From Methanothermus fervidus DSM 2088 (GTDB taxonomy: Archaea; Methanobacteriota; Methanobacteria; DSM-2088; Methanothermaceae): a stretch of 32,000 bases of DNA. The translations under genes and the position numbers were made by a program. The notes below the pieces were generated by a model. It had not been told where the DNA came from. It worked only from the letters and a program-made list of their open reading frames with translations, and did no database searches. The DNA is taken from NCBI GenBank assembly GCA_000166095.1, contig CP002278.1:1110001-1142000 (forward strand), written 5' to 3'. Of the stretch, positions 1-8,411 are shown in pieces (position 1 is the first letter of the stretch; every line of letters starts with the position of its first letter).

Positions 1-418
1 ATATTTTATTTCCATCCGATATTAACCCAGCTATGTGCGTGCCTCCAGTTATTTTCCATATTTTAGCATTTTTTTCCAAGGATTTAAAAGATTCAAAAAC
101 ATCCTCTGTTGAAATTTTAAGCTTAGATTTCACTGGAGATAAAGGTAAGGAATCTTTATTAACCTTAACTATTATAGTTTTTCCATCAATCTTCAATTCA
201 TGTATATTTTTTAGGGATTTAACAATCCCATTTCCAAAAAGGTAACCAATTGTGAATGCTTTCAAAGATTTTGGTGTTATACGATATTTTTTGGTTTTTT
301 CATTTATTTTTAATAAAAATTCTACATCATATGGAACAACTTCCTTTATTCTCTTCTTGGAATTATCTTTAAACCTTAATGCAGATACTTCTCTATACAA
401 CATATTTGTATTTTCCAA
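1..418 (-). CDS. fdhD: FdhD-like formate dehydrogenase accessory sulfurtransferase (partial, C-terminus beyond the window)
   Basis: Minus-strand reading from about 418 gives (M)ENTNMLYREVSALRFKDNSKKRIKEVVPYDVEFLLKINEKTKKYRITPKSLKAFTIGYLFGNGIVKSLKNIHELKIDG...ITGGTHIAGLISDGNKI. The TIGYLFGNGI and TGGTHIAGL motifs are typical of FdhD. TTG at 416-418 has an upstream GGAGG (429-433); ATG at 401-403 is the alternative start. The supplied track shows only part of it. Confidence 0.8.
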   Translation of the reverse strand, partial: MENTNMLYREVSALRFKDNSKKRIKEVVPYDVEFLLKINEKTKKYRITPKSLKAFTIGYLFGNGIVKSLKNIHELKIDGKTIIVKVNKDSLPLSPVKSKLKISTEDVFESFKSLEKNAKIWKITGGTHIAGLISDGNKI

Positions 419-1319
419 AGTATGGTGACCTCCTATGTATAGCTTCTATAAATAATTTTTTTAACATATAGTTAGATTTACACTTCAAAGCTGGTTTTAG
501 ATCAACTAAATTGTCATTTCTTAAAAGACATGGCTTTATTTTTGCATCAGGTGTTATTCTCAACCTAGTGCAATTTGCACAAAAAACAGAATTATCCATT
601 GGTCTAACAATTTCAATTTCACTACCGTCAATAAAGTATTTCTTACGTCCATGCATAAATTTCCTTTCCATGACTTTTTCTGCTTTTTTACGTATCTCCT
701 CTTCAATGGAATCTAAGCTTTTATAATATTTCTCAAAATAATCCGAATTATCATCTATCTTAACCAATTCTATTATTTGTAAAATTGCTCCATGCTCTTT
801 ACAAAATTCAAATAAATCCCAAACTTCATTTTCATTTATGTCTTTAAGAATTAGCATGTTGATCTTTACAGGGTGTAAACCTGCTTCAATTGCTTTTGAT
901 ATCCCCTCTTTAACTTTGTCCAAAAAATCTTTTCCAGTTATAGATTTGTATATATGATTTTTCAATGAATCAAGACTTACATTTATTCTGTCAAGACCTG
1001 CTTTTTTTAACTTATATGCATAATTTTTAAGATATACTCCATTAGTTGTCATTGAAATATCTTTAAAATTAAGAGAGTTTAAGGCAGAAATAATTTCAAC
1101 TATATCTTTTCTTATTAAAGGTTCTCCACCAGTAATCTTTACTTTATTTATATCAAATTCCTTAGCCACCTTACATATCCTATAAATTTCTTCTTTGGAC
1201 ATTTCATAATTAGTGGGTAAAGTACCTTCCTTATGACAATATATACAGTTAAGGTTACACCTACGTGTTACAGATATTCTTAAAGACTTTATAGGTCTTC
1301 CAAACCTATCTTTAATCAT
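393..1319 (-). CDS. moaA: GTP 3',8-cyclase MoaA (radical SAM)
   Basis: 308 aa; CNLNCIYCHKEG radical-SAM cysteine motif, TGGEPLIRKD, C-terminal FCANCTRLRITPDAKIKPCL second cluster motif. Confidence 0.95.
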   Translation of the reverse strand: MIKDRFGRPIKSLRISVTRRCNLNCIYCHKEGTLPTNYEMSKEEIYRICKVAKEFDINKVKITGGEPLIRKDIVEIISALNSLNFKDISMTTNGVYLKNYAYKLKKAGLDRINVSLDSLKNHIYKSITGKDFLDKVKEGISKAIEAGLHPVKINMLILKDINENEVWDLFEFCKEHGAILQIIELVKIDDNSDYFEKYYKSLDSIEEEIRKKAEKVMERKFMHGRKKYFIDGSEIEIVRPMDNSVFCANCTRLRITPDAKIKPCLLRNDNLVDLKPALKCKSNYMLKKLFIEAIHRRSPYFGKYKYVV

Positions 1320-1370
1320 TTTAATCTCCTAATGAGCTAGTAAAATGTGTTTAAATTCTCAGTAAAAAAG

Positions 1371-1880
1371 TTCATCATGGCTTTAGCTCAGCTAACCCTC
1401 TTTTCATCACTCATAACAGTGGACTACCCTACAGAATCTACTTGAGCTACTCCCTACGGAGCTTCCTGCTTCATAGAGAAAACTTGCCCAAACTATATCC
1501 CTACAGGAGATAGTTTTGAGTAGAGTATTCTTTTAAACAGGCTATCAGGGCTACCCCATACTCTCAACAGTATTCTATATATTCTACATGCTGATATATA
1601 ATCCCTTAGTTTATTCTTACATGTTAGAAAATAATTATAAACATGCCTACAAATCTCTAAACTTTCCAATAGCTTATTTTTTGTTTTTTACTTGGATAAA
1701 GTCTGGATTTATATAAGTATATTCATGAAAAAAGTAATGGATAATATATAGTTTTCCTTTAGGAATTATTGCGTTGGAGAAAGAAAGAGTAGAAAAGAGA
1801 GTTTGTATATTTTTTAGAACAAGTGTTAGTTTTGTACTTCATCTATATAAATACTTTTCCTATTTTTTCATCCCTGATAG
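1371..1880 (-). pseudogene. Internally deleted TnpB (IS200/IS605-type) relic, repeat copy A
   Basis: Minus strand 1713-1622 reads (with a frameshift) YKSRLYPSKKQK...LLESLEICRHVYNYFLT, a TnpB N-terminus. Minus strand 1567-1454 reads LRVWGSPDSLFKRILYSKLSPVGI*FGQVFSMKQEAP*, TnpB-like C-terminal tail. A hairpin-like end TTAGCTGAGCTAA lies beyond it. Similar DNA occurs at 7381-7733 and 13600-13971. Confidence 0.7.
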
Positions 1881-1941
1881 AAATAAGGCTTTTTTATGAG
1901 GTTTTTGTCTGAAAAAAAATTAAGCGATATATAAAAAAGAA

Positions 1942-3288
1942 TCACCAAATATCAATAAATCCACGTTCATGCCCTTGGCCTGTGAGATGCAATGCATATC
2001 TAGCTATATACCTAAATTCTCCCCTCGGAGCTATGTATTTACTTATCTCCCTCATCTGTGGATTAAAGCCCTCAATTTCATATTTTATTCTTAGATTTAA
2101 TGGAATTCCATTCTTTGATGGATTTTTAACAATCATTGTTCCAGATACTGCATATCCTCTCAGATATTTACCAAGATTTATTGTTTTTGTTTCATTTGGT
2201 TTTAGAGTTATTGTTAATTCCTTATAGCTAACTTTTTTCCCATCATCAGGATTTGTGTAGACTGTGATGTAATATTTTATGGTTATTTTTGATTTTCCAG
2301 TATTTGTTAGAGTTATATTATAATCTAATGATTCATAGTGTATATTATCTGGTATATTATTAAAGAAAACATTTGAATTATCTACACTGATGTTAGGGTA
2401 TTCACGAAATGCTGAAACATAAATAGCACCGCCTAATTTAGCTTTATTGTACTTAAATATAGTATTTGTAATTGTTAAATCATCTTCATCTGTGATAATG
2501 GCACCGCCCCTAGTAGCAACATTGTTATCAAATATACAATTGTTTATTATTATTGAACCACCGGGATTGTTAATGGCACCTCCGCTTACGCTAGCACTAT
2601 TATTCTCAAACTTACATTTATCAATTGTTAAACCACCAGCATTGTCAATGGCACCGCCTTTATATTTAGCCCTGTTCTCTACAAATAAGCATTTAGTTAA
2701 ATTTGTAGGGGCATCAATTCCATTATCAATTGCTCCTCCATGATAACATGCTAAATTATTCCTAAATATACTGTTGTATACTGTAAGATTAACAGAATTA
2801 GAAATAGCACCGCCACATTTACTAGCATAGTTATTTTCAAAACTACAGTTCTTAACCTCTAGATATCCTTCCCTATCTAACGTGGGTGAATTTTCATAAC
2901 CATAATTGTAGATTGCTCCTCCATCTTCACTAGCATAATTATCCTTAAATTTACAGTTCTCAACCACTAAATATCCATTATTATTTATTGCACCACCTTC
3001 TGTTCCATTTCCATTGGTCAATGTTAAATTTATCAACCTTACATTTGCACCGCCGAAAATTGTGAATATAGGGCCTTCCCTCTGAGCATCAATTACAACT
3101 CCATCCTTATCTTCACCTACAATAGTTAAATTCTTATCTATCACAATTCCTGAAGCATAATATGTCCCATTATGCATAAATATTGTCTCTCCAGGATTAG
3201 AGTATTTTATTACATCTTTAAGAGTGCTATTCCCTGGATAAACTTCTTTAACTCCATATGCTTGAGAAATTGCCAACAGAACTAGCAA
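1942..3288 (-). CDS. Adhesin-like right-handed parallel beta-helix surface/secreted protein
   Basis: 448 aa with many repeats of the type 'GGAIxNxGxLxVxNCxFxxNxAxxxGGAI', a C-terminal Ig-like/CARDB-like stretch, and a hydrophobic N-terminus. Start codon uncertain (see findings). Confidence 0.85.
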   Translation of the reverse strand: MLVLLAISQAYGVKEVYPGNSTLKDVIKYSNPGETIFMHNGTYYASGIVIDKNLTIVGEDKDGVVIDAQREGPIFTIFGGANVRLINLTLTNGNGTEGGAINNNGYLVVENCKFKDNYASEDGGAIYNYGYENSPTLDREGYLEVKNCSFENNYASKCGGAISNSVNLTVYNSIFRNNLACYHGGAIDNGIDAPTNLTKCLFVENRAKYKGGAIDNAGGLTIDKCKFENNSASVSGGAINNPGGSIIINNCIFDNNVATRGGAIITDEDDLTITNTIFKYNKAKLGGAIYVSAFREYPNISVDNSNVFFNNIPDNIHYESLDYNITLTNTGKSKITIKYYITVYTNPDDGKKVSYKELTITLKPNETKTINLGKYLRGYAVSGTMIVKNPSKNGIPLNLRIKYEIEGFNPQMREISKYIAPRGEFRYIARYALHLTGQGHERGFIDIW

Positions 3289-3621
3289 TGTTGAGAGGAT
3301 TAATACAGCTTTAGACTTCGTTTTAACACGTCCTCTTTATTTTTAGTTTGTATTCAAAACAAATATTATTTTTTACTTCGACTATATATATATCTTTTTA
3401 TTTAGTTTTCTCTCTCCTAAAACCTCATTGGGAAAATATTTGAAGCCTCTTCTGTCATGGTAACTTTCAAAATTCAGAACTTCTCTTTAAAAAAAATGGG
3501 TAAATAAATCCCCCCGAATTATGTGTAAGATTCTCACTCTATTATCAATACACTATATGACAGAAAAAGAACATGAATGATACGAAAATTATCTAAATCA
3601 CAGAATAAATACATCAAGACA

Positions 3622-3630
3622 TTTATATAT
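3622..3630 (+). promoter_or_regulatory. Candidate archaeal TATA box for the Mop/TOBE gene
   Basis: TTTATATAT about 65 nt upstream of ATG 3693; GGAGGT Shine-Dalgarno just upstream of the ATG. Confidence 0.45.
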
Positions 3631-3692
3631 GGTGAGAAACAAATGTAAAGGTCATTTAGTATTAAGAAATAAAGAGTTTTGGAGGTCTGTAT

Positions 3693-3902
3693 ATGAAAAT
3701 AAGCGCACAGAATAGGCTTAAAGGCGTAGTAAAAAGGATAGAAAAAGGACAGGTCGTTGCTTTGGTACAAATTGAGATAACAACGCCAACGGTTATGACT
3801 GCTTTAATAACAAAAGATGCGCTAGACGAACTTGAACTCAAAATCGGCGATGAAGTCAAGGCGATAACAAAAGCAACTGAGATAATGGTATCAAAAGAGT
3901 GA
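3693..3902 (+). CDS. Mop/TOBE-domain molybdate-binding (molbindin-like) protein
   Basis: 69 aa, MKISAQNRLKGVVKRIEKGQVVALVQIEI...LITKDALDELELKIGDEVKAITKATEIMVSKE; classic single Mop domain. Confidence 0.92.
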   Translation: MKISAQNRLKGVVKRIEKGQVVALVQIEITTPTVMTALITKDALDELELKIGDEVKAITKATEIMVSKE

Positions 3903-4030
3903 ACTTCGGTCGAGGTTCCGTCCACAGAACATCACGCACTACACTCCGAGAATTCATCTTTGAGTGCGAAATACATGACCAGTAGGCTGCTGGACAATTC
4001 ATTCTTGATATGAATACCTTCAGCACCTCA
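3903..4030. other. Compositionally distinct intergenic block downstream of mop
   Basis: 3901-3960 is about 50% G+C and 3961-4020 about 40% by hand count, versus clearly AT-rich flanks. Small inverted repeats GTTC..GAAC, CACTC..GAGTG, CCAG..CTGG, ATTCAT..ATGAAT. Confidence 0.4.
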
Positions 4031-4192
4031 TTTTTGTCTAATTACTGCTTAGATATCTCATAATCCCTGGTATATATATGTGCTACTCCTTTTTTCTTTC
4101 TTTTTCTCCTTCATAATCTATGGTAAGAGAGAACTTAATGTAAGGCATTATTCAAGTTATTAGATTGATTCAATTTTTATTAACGAAATGTA

Positions 4193-4200
4193 TTTATAAA
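4193..4200 (+). promoter_or_regulatory. Candidate TATA box of the fmdECB operon
   Basis: TTTATAAA about 60 nt upstream of ATG 4260; AGGT ribosome-binding remnant just before the start. Confidence 0.4.
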
Positions 4201-4259
4201 CATTACGATAAAAAATAAAGTGAAAATACTTAATTAGAATGACTATCGTATAGGTTACT

Positions 4260-4832
4260 ATGAACATCGAAATAGACACAAAACCTTTTCTCAAATATAT
4301 ACGCAAAATAGAAAAATTCACTGGATTTGCAAGCCCAGGAAGTGTTATAGGCACCCAGATGTATATGATAGCTAAAAAACTCCTTAATTTTAAAGAAGAT
4401 GAAGACATATATGTCACCTGTGAAACAAGCAATTGTTTACCCGATGCTTTCCAAGCTATTTGCAAATCTACGATAGGAAATGGAAAGTTATCTATATATG
4501 ATACTGGAAAGATGGCTGTAACTATCAACAAGAAAGGTGCACCTGGTGAAACTGTTAAAGGTGTAAGAATAATCCTTGATCCAAATAAAACACGTGATTA
4601 TCCAATTATTCATAAGTGGTATTTTAATACAGAAAAGGTGCCAGCAGAAAAAGTAATTCCTGAATTAATAAAAGCAGGTGCGAAAATATATTCTTGGGAA
4701 TATAAAGATGTTAAAGTTCCTAAAAATACAAAAAAAGTTGTTAAAATATGTAAAATATGTAAAGAACCATATATAGCCAGAAATGAATATTATGTTTGTC
4801 CTCAATGTCATAATAAAAAGAAAGAGGGATAA
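4260..4832 (+). CDS. fmdE: Formylmethanofuran dehydrogenase subunit E (FmdE-like, C-terminal zinc ribbon)
   Basis: 190 aa; FTGFASPGSVIGTQMYMIAKKLLNF, CETSNCLPDAFQAICKSTIGNGKL, C-terminal CKICKEPY...YVCPQC; directly followed by fmdC and fmdB. Confidence 0.92.
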   Translation: MNIEIDTKPFLKYIRKIEKFTGFASPGSVIGTQMYMIAKKLLNFKEDEDIYVTCETSNCLPDAFQAICKSTIGNGKLSIYDTGKMAVTINKKGAPGETVKGVRIILDPNKTRDYPIIHKWYFNTEKVPAEKVIPELIKAGAKIYSWEYKDVKVPKNTKKVVKICKICKEPYIARNEYYVCPQCHNKKKEG

Positions 4833-4834
4833 AA

Positions 4835-6034
4835 ATGGGATTTTTATTAAAACCAAAAAGATTTTTTCATATGCCTTTAGAAGCAGATGTTATACGCCCT
4901 GATTTATTCACTGAACTTAATTTAAAAGAAATTAAAAAACTTGAAGTTTATGAAGGAAATAGAAAAAGACCGTTAGGTGACTTATTTGAAATAAGCAAAA
5001 ATTCTCTAGCAGATGATATAATTCAGATCGATGGCGATGTTAGTAGAGTTAAATACATTGGCGCGAAAATGAAAGAAGGACAAATAATTATTAATGGAAA
5101 TGTAGGACTTCAGCTTGGAAGTGAAATGAAAGGAGGAAAAATAAAAGTAAATGGCAATGCGTCATCATGGATAGGTATGGAGATGCAGGGAGGTATTATA
5201 GAAATAAATGGAAATGCTGGAGATTATATTGGATGTGCATATCGTGGAAATTGGCGCGGCATGAAAGGCGGAAAGATAATAATAAACGGAAACGCTGGAA
5301 ACAATGTTGGTGGAGGCATGGTGGACGGAATCATCCATATAAAAGGCAATGTAGGAAATTTCTGTGGCATTCAGATGAAAGGCGGAGAAATAATTGTAGA
5401 TGGCAATGCTGGAAGGGCACCTGGCGCAGAAATGGTTGGTGGAAAAATTCAGATAAAAGGAAAAATAGATAGTTTACTCCCTGGATTTAAACATATAGAG
5501 ACGTTAAAAATTGATAATTTACTTTTTATGGTGTTTGAAGGAGATTTATCAGAAAAAATACATAATGGTAAACTTATGATCAATAAAAATAAAAATATGC
5601 ATATTGTAACAGGCAGTGTTCCTAGAAAACAAAAATTGACAGAAAAAGGTCTTGCAGTGATATATAACAGTGGTAGTACTATTAAACAAGGAGAAATCAT
5701 CAAAGGGGGTAAAAAATTAACTTCTGATTATATAGAGGAATGTGCGCGTTGTTATATTAATCCTTCAGATCTTGCACTTATTGGGAATCCTAAAAAAGTA
5801 GTTGTAGAATGTGAAAATAGGAAAGTAGTGCTAAAAGCTGTTGCAGACCCTGATATTCGTGAGGGAACAATATTTATACCTAGAAGTATATGGGCAAACG
5901 TACTAACTCCTTCGTACACAGAATCAACAGGGTCACCTATGTATAAAGGTGTTTTAGTATATGTAAGAAAAGCTTCATCATCTGACAAAATATTAAGCGC
6001 TGAAGAAGTTATAGAGTCCATGGGGGGTAAATAA
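4835..6034 (+). CDS. fmdC: Formylmethanofuran dehydrogenase subunit C, fused FwdC-like + FwdD-like domains
   Basis: 399 aa. The middle has glycine-rich 'GG.I.I.GNAG...G..M.GG' beta-helix repeats (FwdC/GltB-C type). The C-terminal ~130 aa (NSGSTIKQGEIIKGGKKL...GTIFIPRSIWANVLTPSYTESTGSPMYKGVLVYV) match the FwdD molybdopterin-dinucleotide-binding fold. Confidence 0.93.
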   Translation: MGFLLKPKRFFHMPLEADVIRPDLFTELNLKEIKKLEVYEGNRKRPLGDLFEISKNSLADDIIQIDGDVSRVKYIGAKMKEGQIIINGNVGLQLGSEMKGGKIKVNGNASSWIGMEMQGGIIEINGNAGDYIGCAYRGNWRGMKGGKIIINGNAGNNVGGGMVDGIIHIKGNVGNFCGIQMKGGEIIVDGNAGRAPGAEMVGGKIQIKGKIDSLLPGFKHIETLKIDNLLFMVFEGDLSEKIHNGKLMINKNKNMHIVTGSVPRKQKLTEKGLAVIYNSGSTIKQGEIIKGGKKLTSDYIEECARCYINPSDLALIGNPKKVVVECENRKVVLKAVADPDIREGTIFIPRSIWANVLTPSYTESTGSPMYKGVLVYVRKASSSDKILSAEEVIESMGGK

Positions 6035-7348
6035 TTGAAAGTATATAAAAATATAACATGTCCTGTTTGTGGTGGGGCCTGTGACGATATAGTTGTAATG
6101 TATGATGGTACTTCAATAAAAACTAGAAATGCCTGTAGAGAGGGAGCTGCAAAATTTAAAGAAATTGTAAGTCCGCATAGGATTAGATCTCCCCAATTAA
6201 AAACTTCTAATGGTAAATTTAAGACTGTTAAATGGAATGAAGCTATAAAAAAAGCCGCTGAAATTTTATCTGAAGCGAAAAGACCTGTTTTATTTTTAGG
6301 AAGTGAAATGTCTATAGAAGCTATGGCTGCTGGTCTTGAGCTTGGAGAATATATTAATGCAGTTGTAGATTCAAACGCAACTATCTGTCATGGTCCAACA
6401 TTAATGGGAATACAGGAAGCAGGCATAAGCGCTGCCACTGCCGGAGAAATAAAAAATAGAGCAGATGTTATTATTTACTGGGGCGCTAATCCTATGGATT
6501 CAATGCCAAGGCATATGTCTCGTTATACTACATTTATGAGAGGATTCTTTAGAGAAAGAGGGAGACATGATCGTACTATAATTACAGTAGATCCTCGTAG
6601 GACAGCTACAGCTAAAGCTTCAGATATACATTTACAGTTGAAACCAAATTCTGATTATGAACTGTTTTCTGCAATACTGACAGTAGTAAGAGGACATGAA
6701 CCTCATCCCTTTGTTGAAGAAGTTACAGGGATACCAGTGGAAACCATCAAAAAAGTTGCAAATATAATGATGAATGCACAGTTTGGAGCTATTTATGGTG
6801 GTTTAGGGCTTGCATCATCTGAAGGTAAACACAGAAATCTTGAAATGGTTCTTAAGCTTGTAGCAGCGCTTAATGAACATACTAAATTTACTATTGGTGC
6901 TATTAGAGGACATTGTAATGTCGCTGGATTTAACCAATTAGCATCATGGGAATATGGTTTTCCATTTGGAGTTGATTTTACAAGAGGTTATCCCCGTTAT
7001 AATCCAGGTGAAACAACAATAGTCGACTTATTACGAAGAAAAGAAGTTGATGCACTCTTTGTAATTTGTTCAGATCTCGCAGCTCATCTTCCATATGAGT
7101 GCGTTGAATATATGAAAGAAATTCCAGTAATATGTATAGATATATCTCCTTGTCCTACAACATTGGTAGCAGATGTTATAATTCCTGGTGTAATAGATGC
7201 GATGGAATCAAGTGGCACATTTTATAGATTTGACAATGTTCCAATCTATCATAGAGCATTCACATCATCACCCTTCCCTGAAACAAAAAGCAATGAACAT
7301 ACAATTAGACAAATACTTGAAACAATAAAAAAGATTCGTAAAGAGTAA
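6035..7348 (+). CDS. fmdB: Formylmethanofuran dehydrogenase subunit B (molybdopterin catalytic subunit)
   Basis: 437 aa; CPVCGGACDDI N-terminus, NATICHGPTLM active-site Cys context, MDSMPRHMSRY. TTG start immediately after the fmdC stop with a GGGGGG purine-rich RBS. Confidence 0.93.
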   Translation: MKVYKNITCPVCGGACDDIVVMYDGTSIKTRNACREGAAKFKEIVSPHRIRSPQLKTSNGKFKTVKWNEAIKKAAEILSEAKRPVLFLGSEMSIEAMAAGLELGEYINAVVDSNATICHGPTLMGIQEAGISAATAGEIKNRADVIIYWGANPMDSMPRHMSRYTTFMRGFFRERGRHDRTIITVDPRRTATAKASDIHLQLKPNSDYELFSAILTVVRGHEPHPFVEEVTGIPVETIKKVANIMMNAQFGAIYGGLGLASSEGKHRNLEMVLKLVAALNEHTKFTIGAIRGHCNVAGFNQLASWEYGFPFGVDFTRGYPRYNPGETTIVDLLRRKEVDALFVICSDLAAHLPYECVEYMKEIPVICIDISPCPTTLVADVIIPGVIDAMESSGTFYRFDNVPIYHRAFTSSPFPETKSNEHTIRQILETIKKIRKE

Positions 7349-7380
7349 GATAGACTTGACAATGCTTTCTCATACTATTT

Positions 7381-7733
7381 AGTCTATTTTGAGCACTCCC
7401 TACGAGCTTCTGATTCATAGAAAAAACTTGCCCAAACTATATCCCTACAGAGATAGTCCTAAGTAGAGTATTCTTTTAAACAGGCTGTCAGGGCTGTCCC
7501 AACTCCTCAACAATATTCTACATGCTGATATATAATTTCTTAATTTATTTTTAATCCTTTTGATGTTTCTCTTGAATTTACTTTCTTAACTATCCATCTA
7601 GAACCTTCTTTCCAAGCTTATGATTTTTAACCATATTCTCTATTGTTAAATCTTCAACACATAAAGTATATTCATGAAAGTATGGATTGATATATATTTT
7701 CTTAATTTATAGAGTATTTTTGGGGAGAGAAAA
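7381..7733 (-). pseudogene. TnpB relic, repeat copy B, retaining an internal RuvC-II-region fragment
   Basis: Minus strand 7657-7594 reads VEDLTIENMVKNHKLGKKVLDG, matching the TnpB motif '(V)EDL.I.NMVKNHKLAKSI.DASW'. 7395-7540 is highly similar to 1450-1610; 7668 onward resembles 1711-1790. Confidence 0.75.
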
Positions 7734-8411
7734 ATGAAGATAATATCAGTAATAGGTAAGAAAGATACTGGTAAAACAACGTTGGTAAGAAAAATAATTG
7801 AAGGGCTAAGGAGTAGAGGTTATAAAGTTGCAGGATTAAAACATGCGCATGTGTATTTTGATTTTCGTGATAAAGACACTGGCAAATATAGAGAAAGTGG
7901 TGCTGAAATTGTAGCTGGGTTAGGTAAGGAAACATTTATATTATTGGATAAAGAATTAAAGCCAGAATATTTAATATATTTGATTTCATTTATTCAAAAT
8001 CCAGATTTTTTGGTTATTGAGGGTTTTAAGACATGGAAATTTGCAAATATTTCCACATCTCCGGAAGTTAAGAATAAATTTACAATAGCTACTGTTGATG
8101 AAAATTTTGAAATTGAAGAACTGTTGGATTTAATAGAGGAAAGAAGTTATGGATTGTTGCTTAACTTAAATTGTGGTAAGTGTGGATTTGACACATGTGA
8201 GGAGTTTGCTATTGCAAAAATTAAAGGTGAGGATGTAGAATGTAAAAGTCAGCCAAAAGATGCTATGTTAATTGTAGATGATGTTCCAGTTCCTTTAAAT
8301 CCATTTGTACAGAAAATTATCGCCAGTACGATTACAGGGATGATAAAAAGTCTTAAAATGGAAAAAAGCAAAATAAACAATATAAAGCTTTTTATAAAAA
8401 ATTTAGAATAA
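7734..8411 (+). CDS. mobB: Molybdopterin-guanine dinucleotide biosynthesis protein MobB with extra C-terminal Cys-rich domain
   Basis: 225 aa; P-loop [32 protein letters not shown], plus C-terminal [28 protein letters not shown]. Confidence 0.92.
   Translation: MKIISVIGKKDTGKTTLVRKIIEGLRSRGYKVAGLKHAHVYFDFRDKDTGKYRESGAEIVAGLGKETFILLDKELKPEYLIYLISFIQNPDFLVIEGFKTWKFANISTSPEVKNKFTIATVDENFEIEELLDLIEERSYGLLLNLNCGKCGFDTCEEFAIAKIKGEDVECKSQPKDAMLIVDDVPVPLNPFVQKIIASTITGMIKSLKMEKSKINNIKLFIKNLE

Noticed and set aside
2447-2743. 98-aa ORF antisense to the adhesin gene
   Set aside because: Mirror of the beta-helix repeats (APPLSLALLF...), a repeat-driven artefact.
1942-3288. Adhesin-like gene as a phage or toxin component
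   Set aside because: Repeated GGAI-N-G beta-helix units plus secretion signal fit ordinary methanogen adhesin-like proteins, and no phage or toxin partner genes are nearby.
3534-3770. 78-aa minus-strand ORF MYQSNDLSFFYPFYYAFKP...
   Set aside because: Overlaps the Mop gene and its promoter antisense; aromatic-rich AT-driven composition, no SD. Likely spurious.
3900-4009. Selenocysteine/readthrough extension of the Mop protein past its TGA
   Set aside because: The frame stays open for only ~36 codons, the added peptide does not look conserved and Mop domains end where this one does. Retained only as a composition anomaly.
5167-5472. 101-aa ORF inside fmdC (+ strand, other frame)
   Set aside because: Alternate-frame reading of the glycine-rich FmdC repeats; Arg/Trp/Lys-rich, not protein-like.
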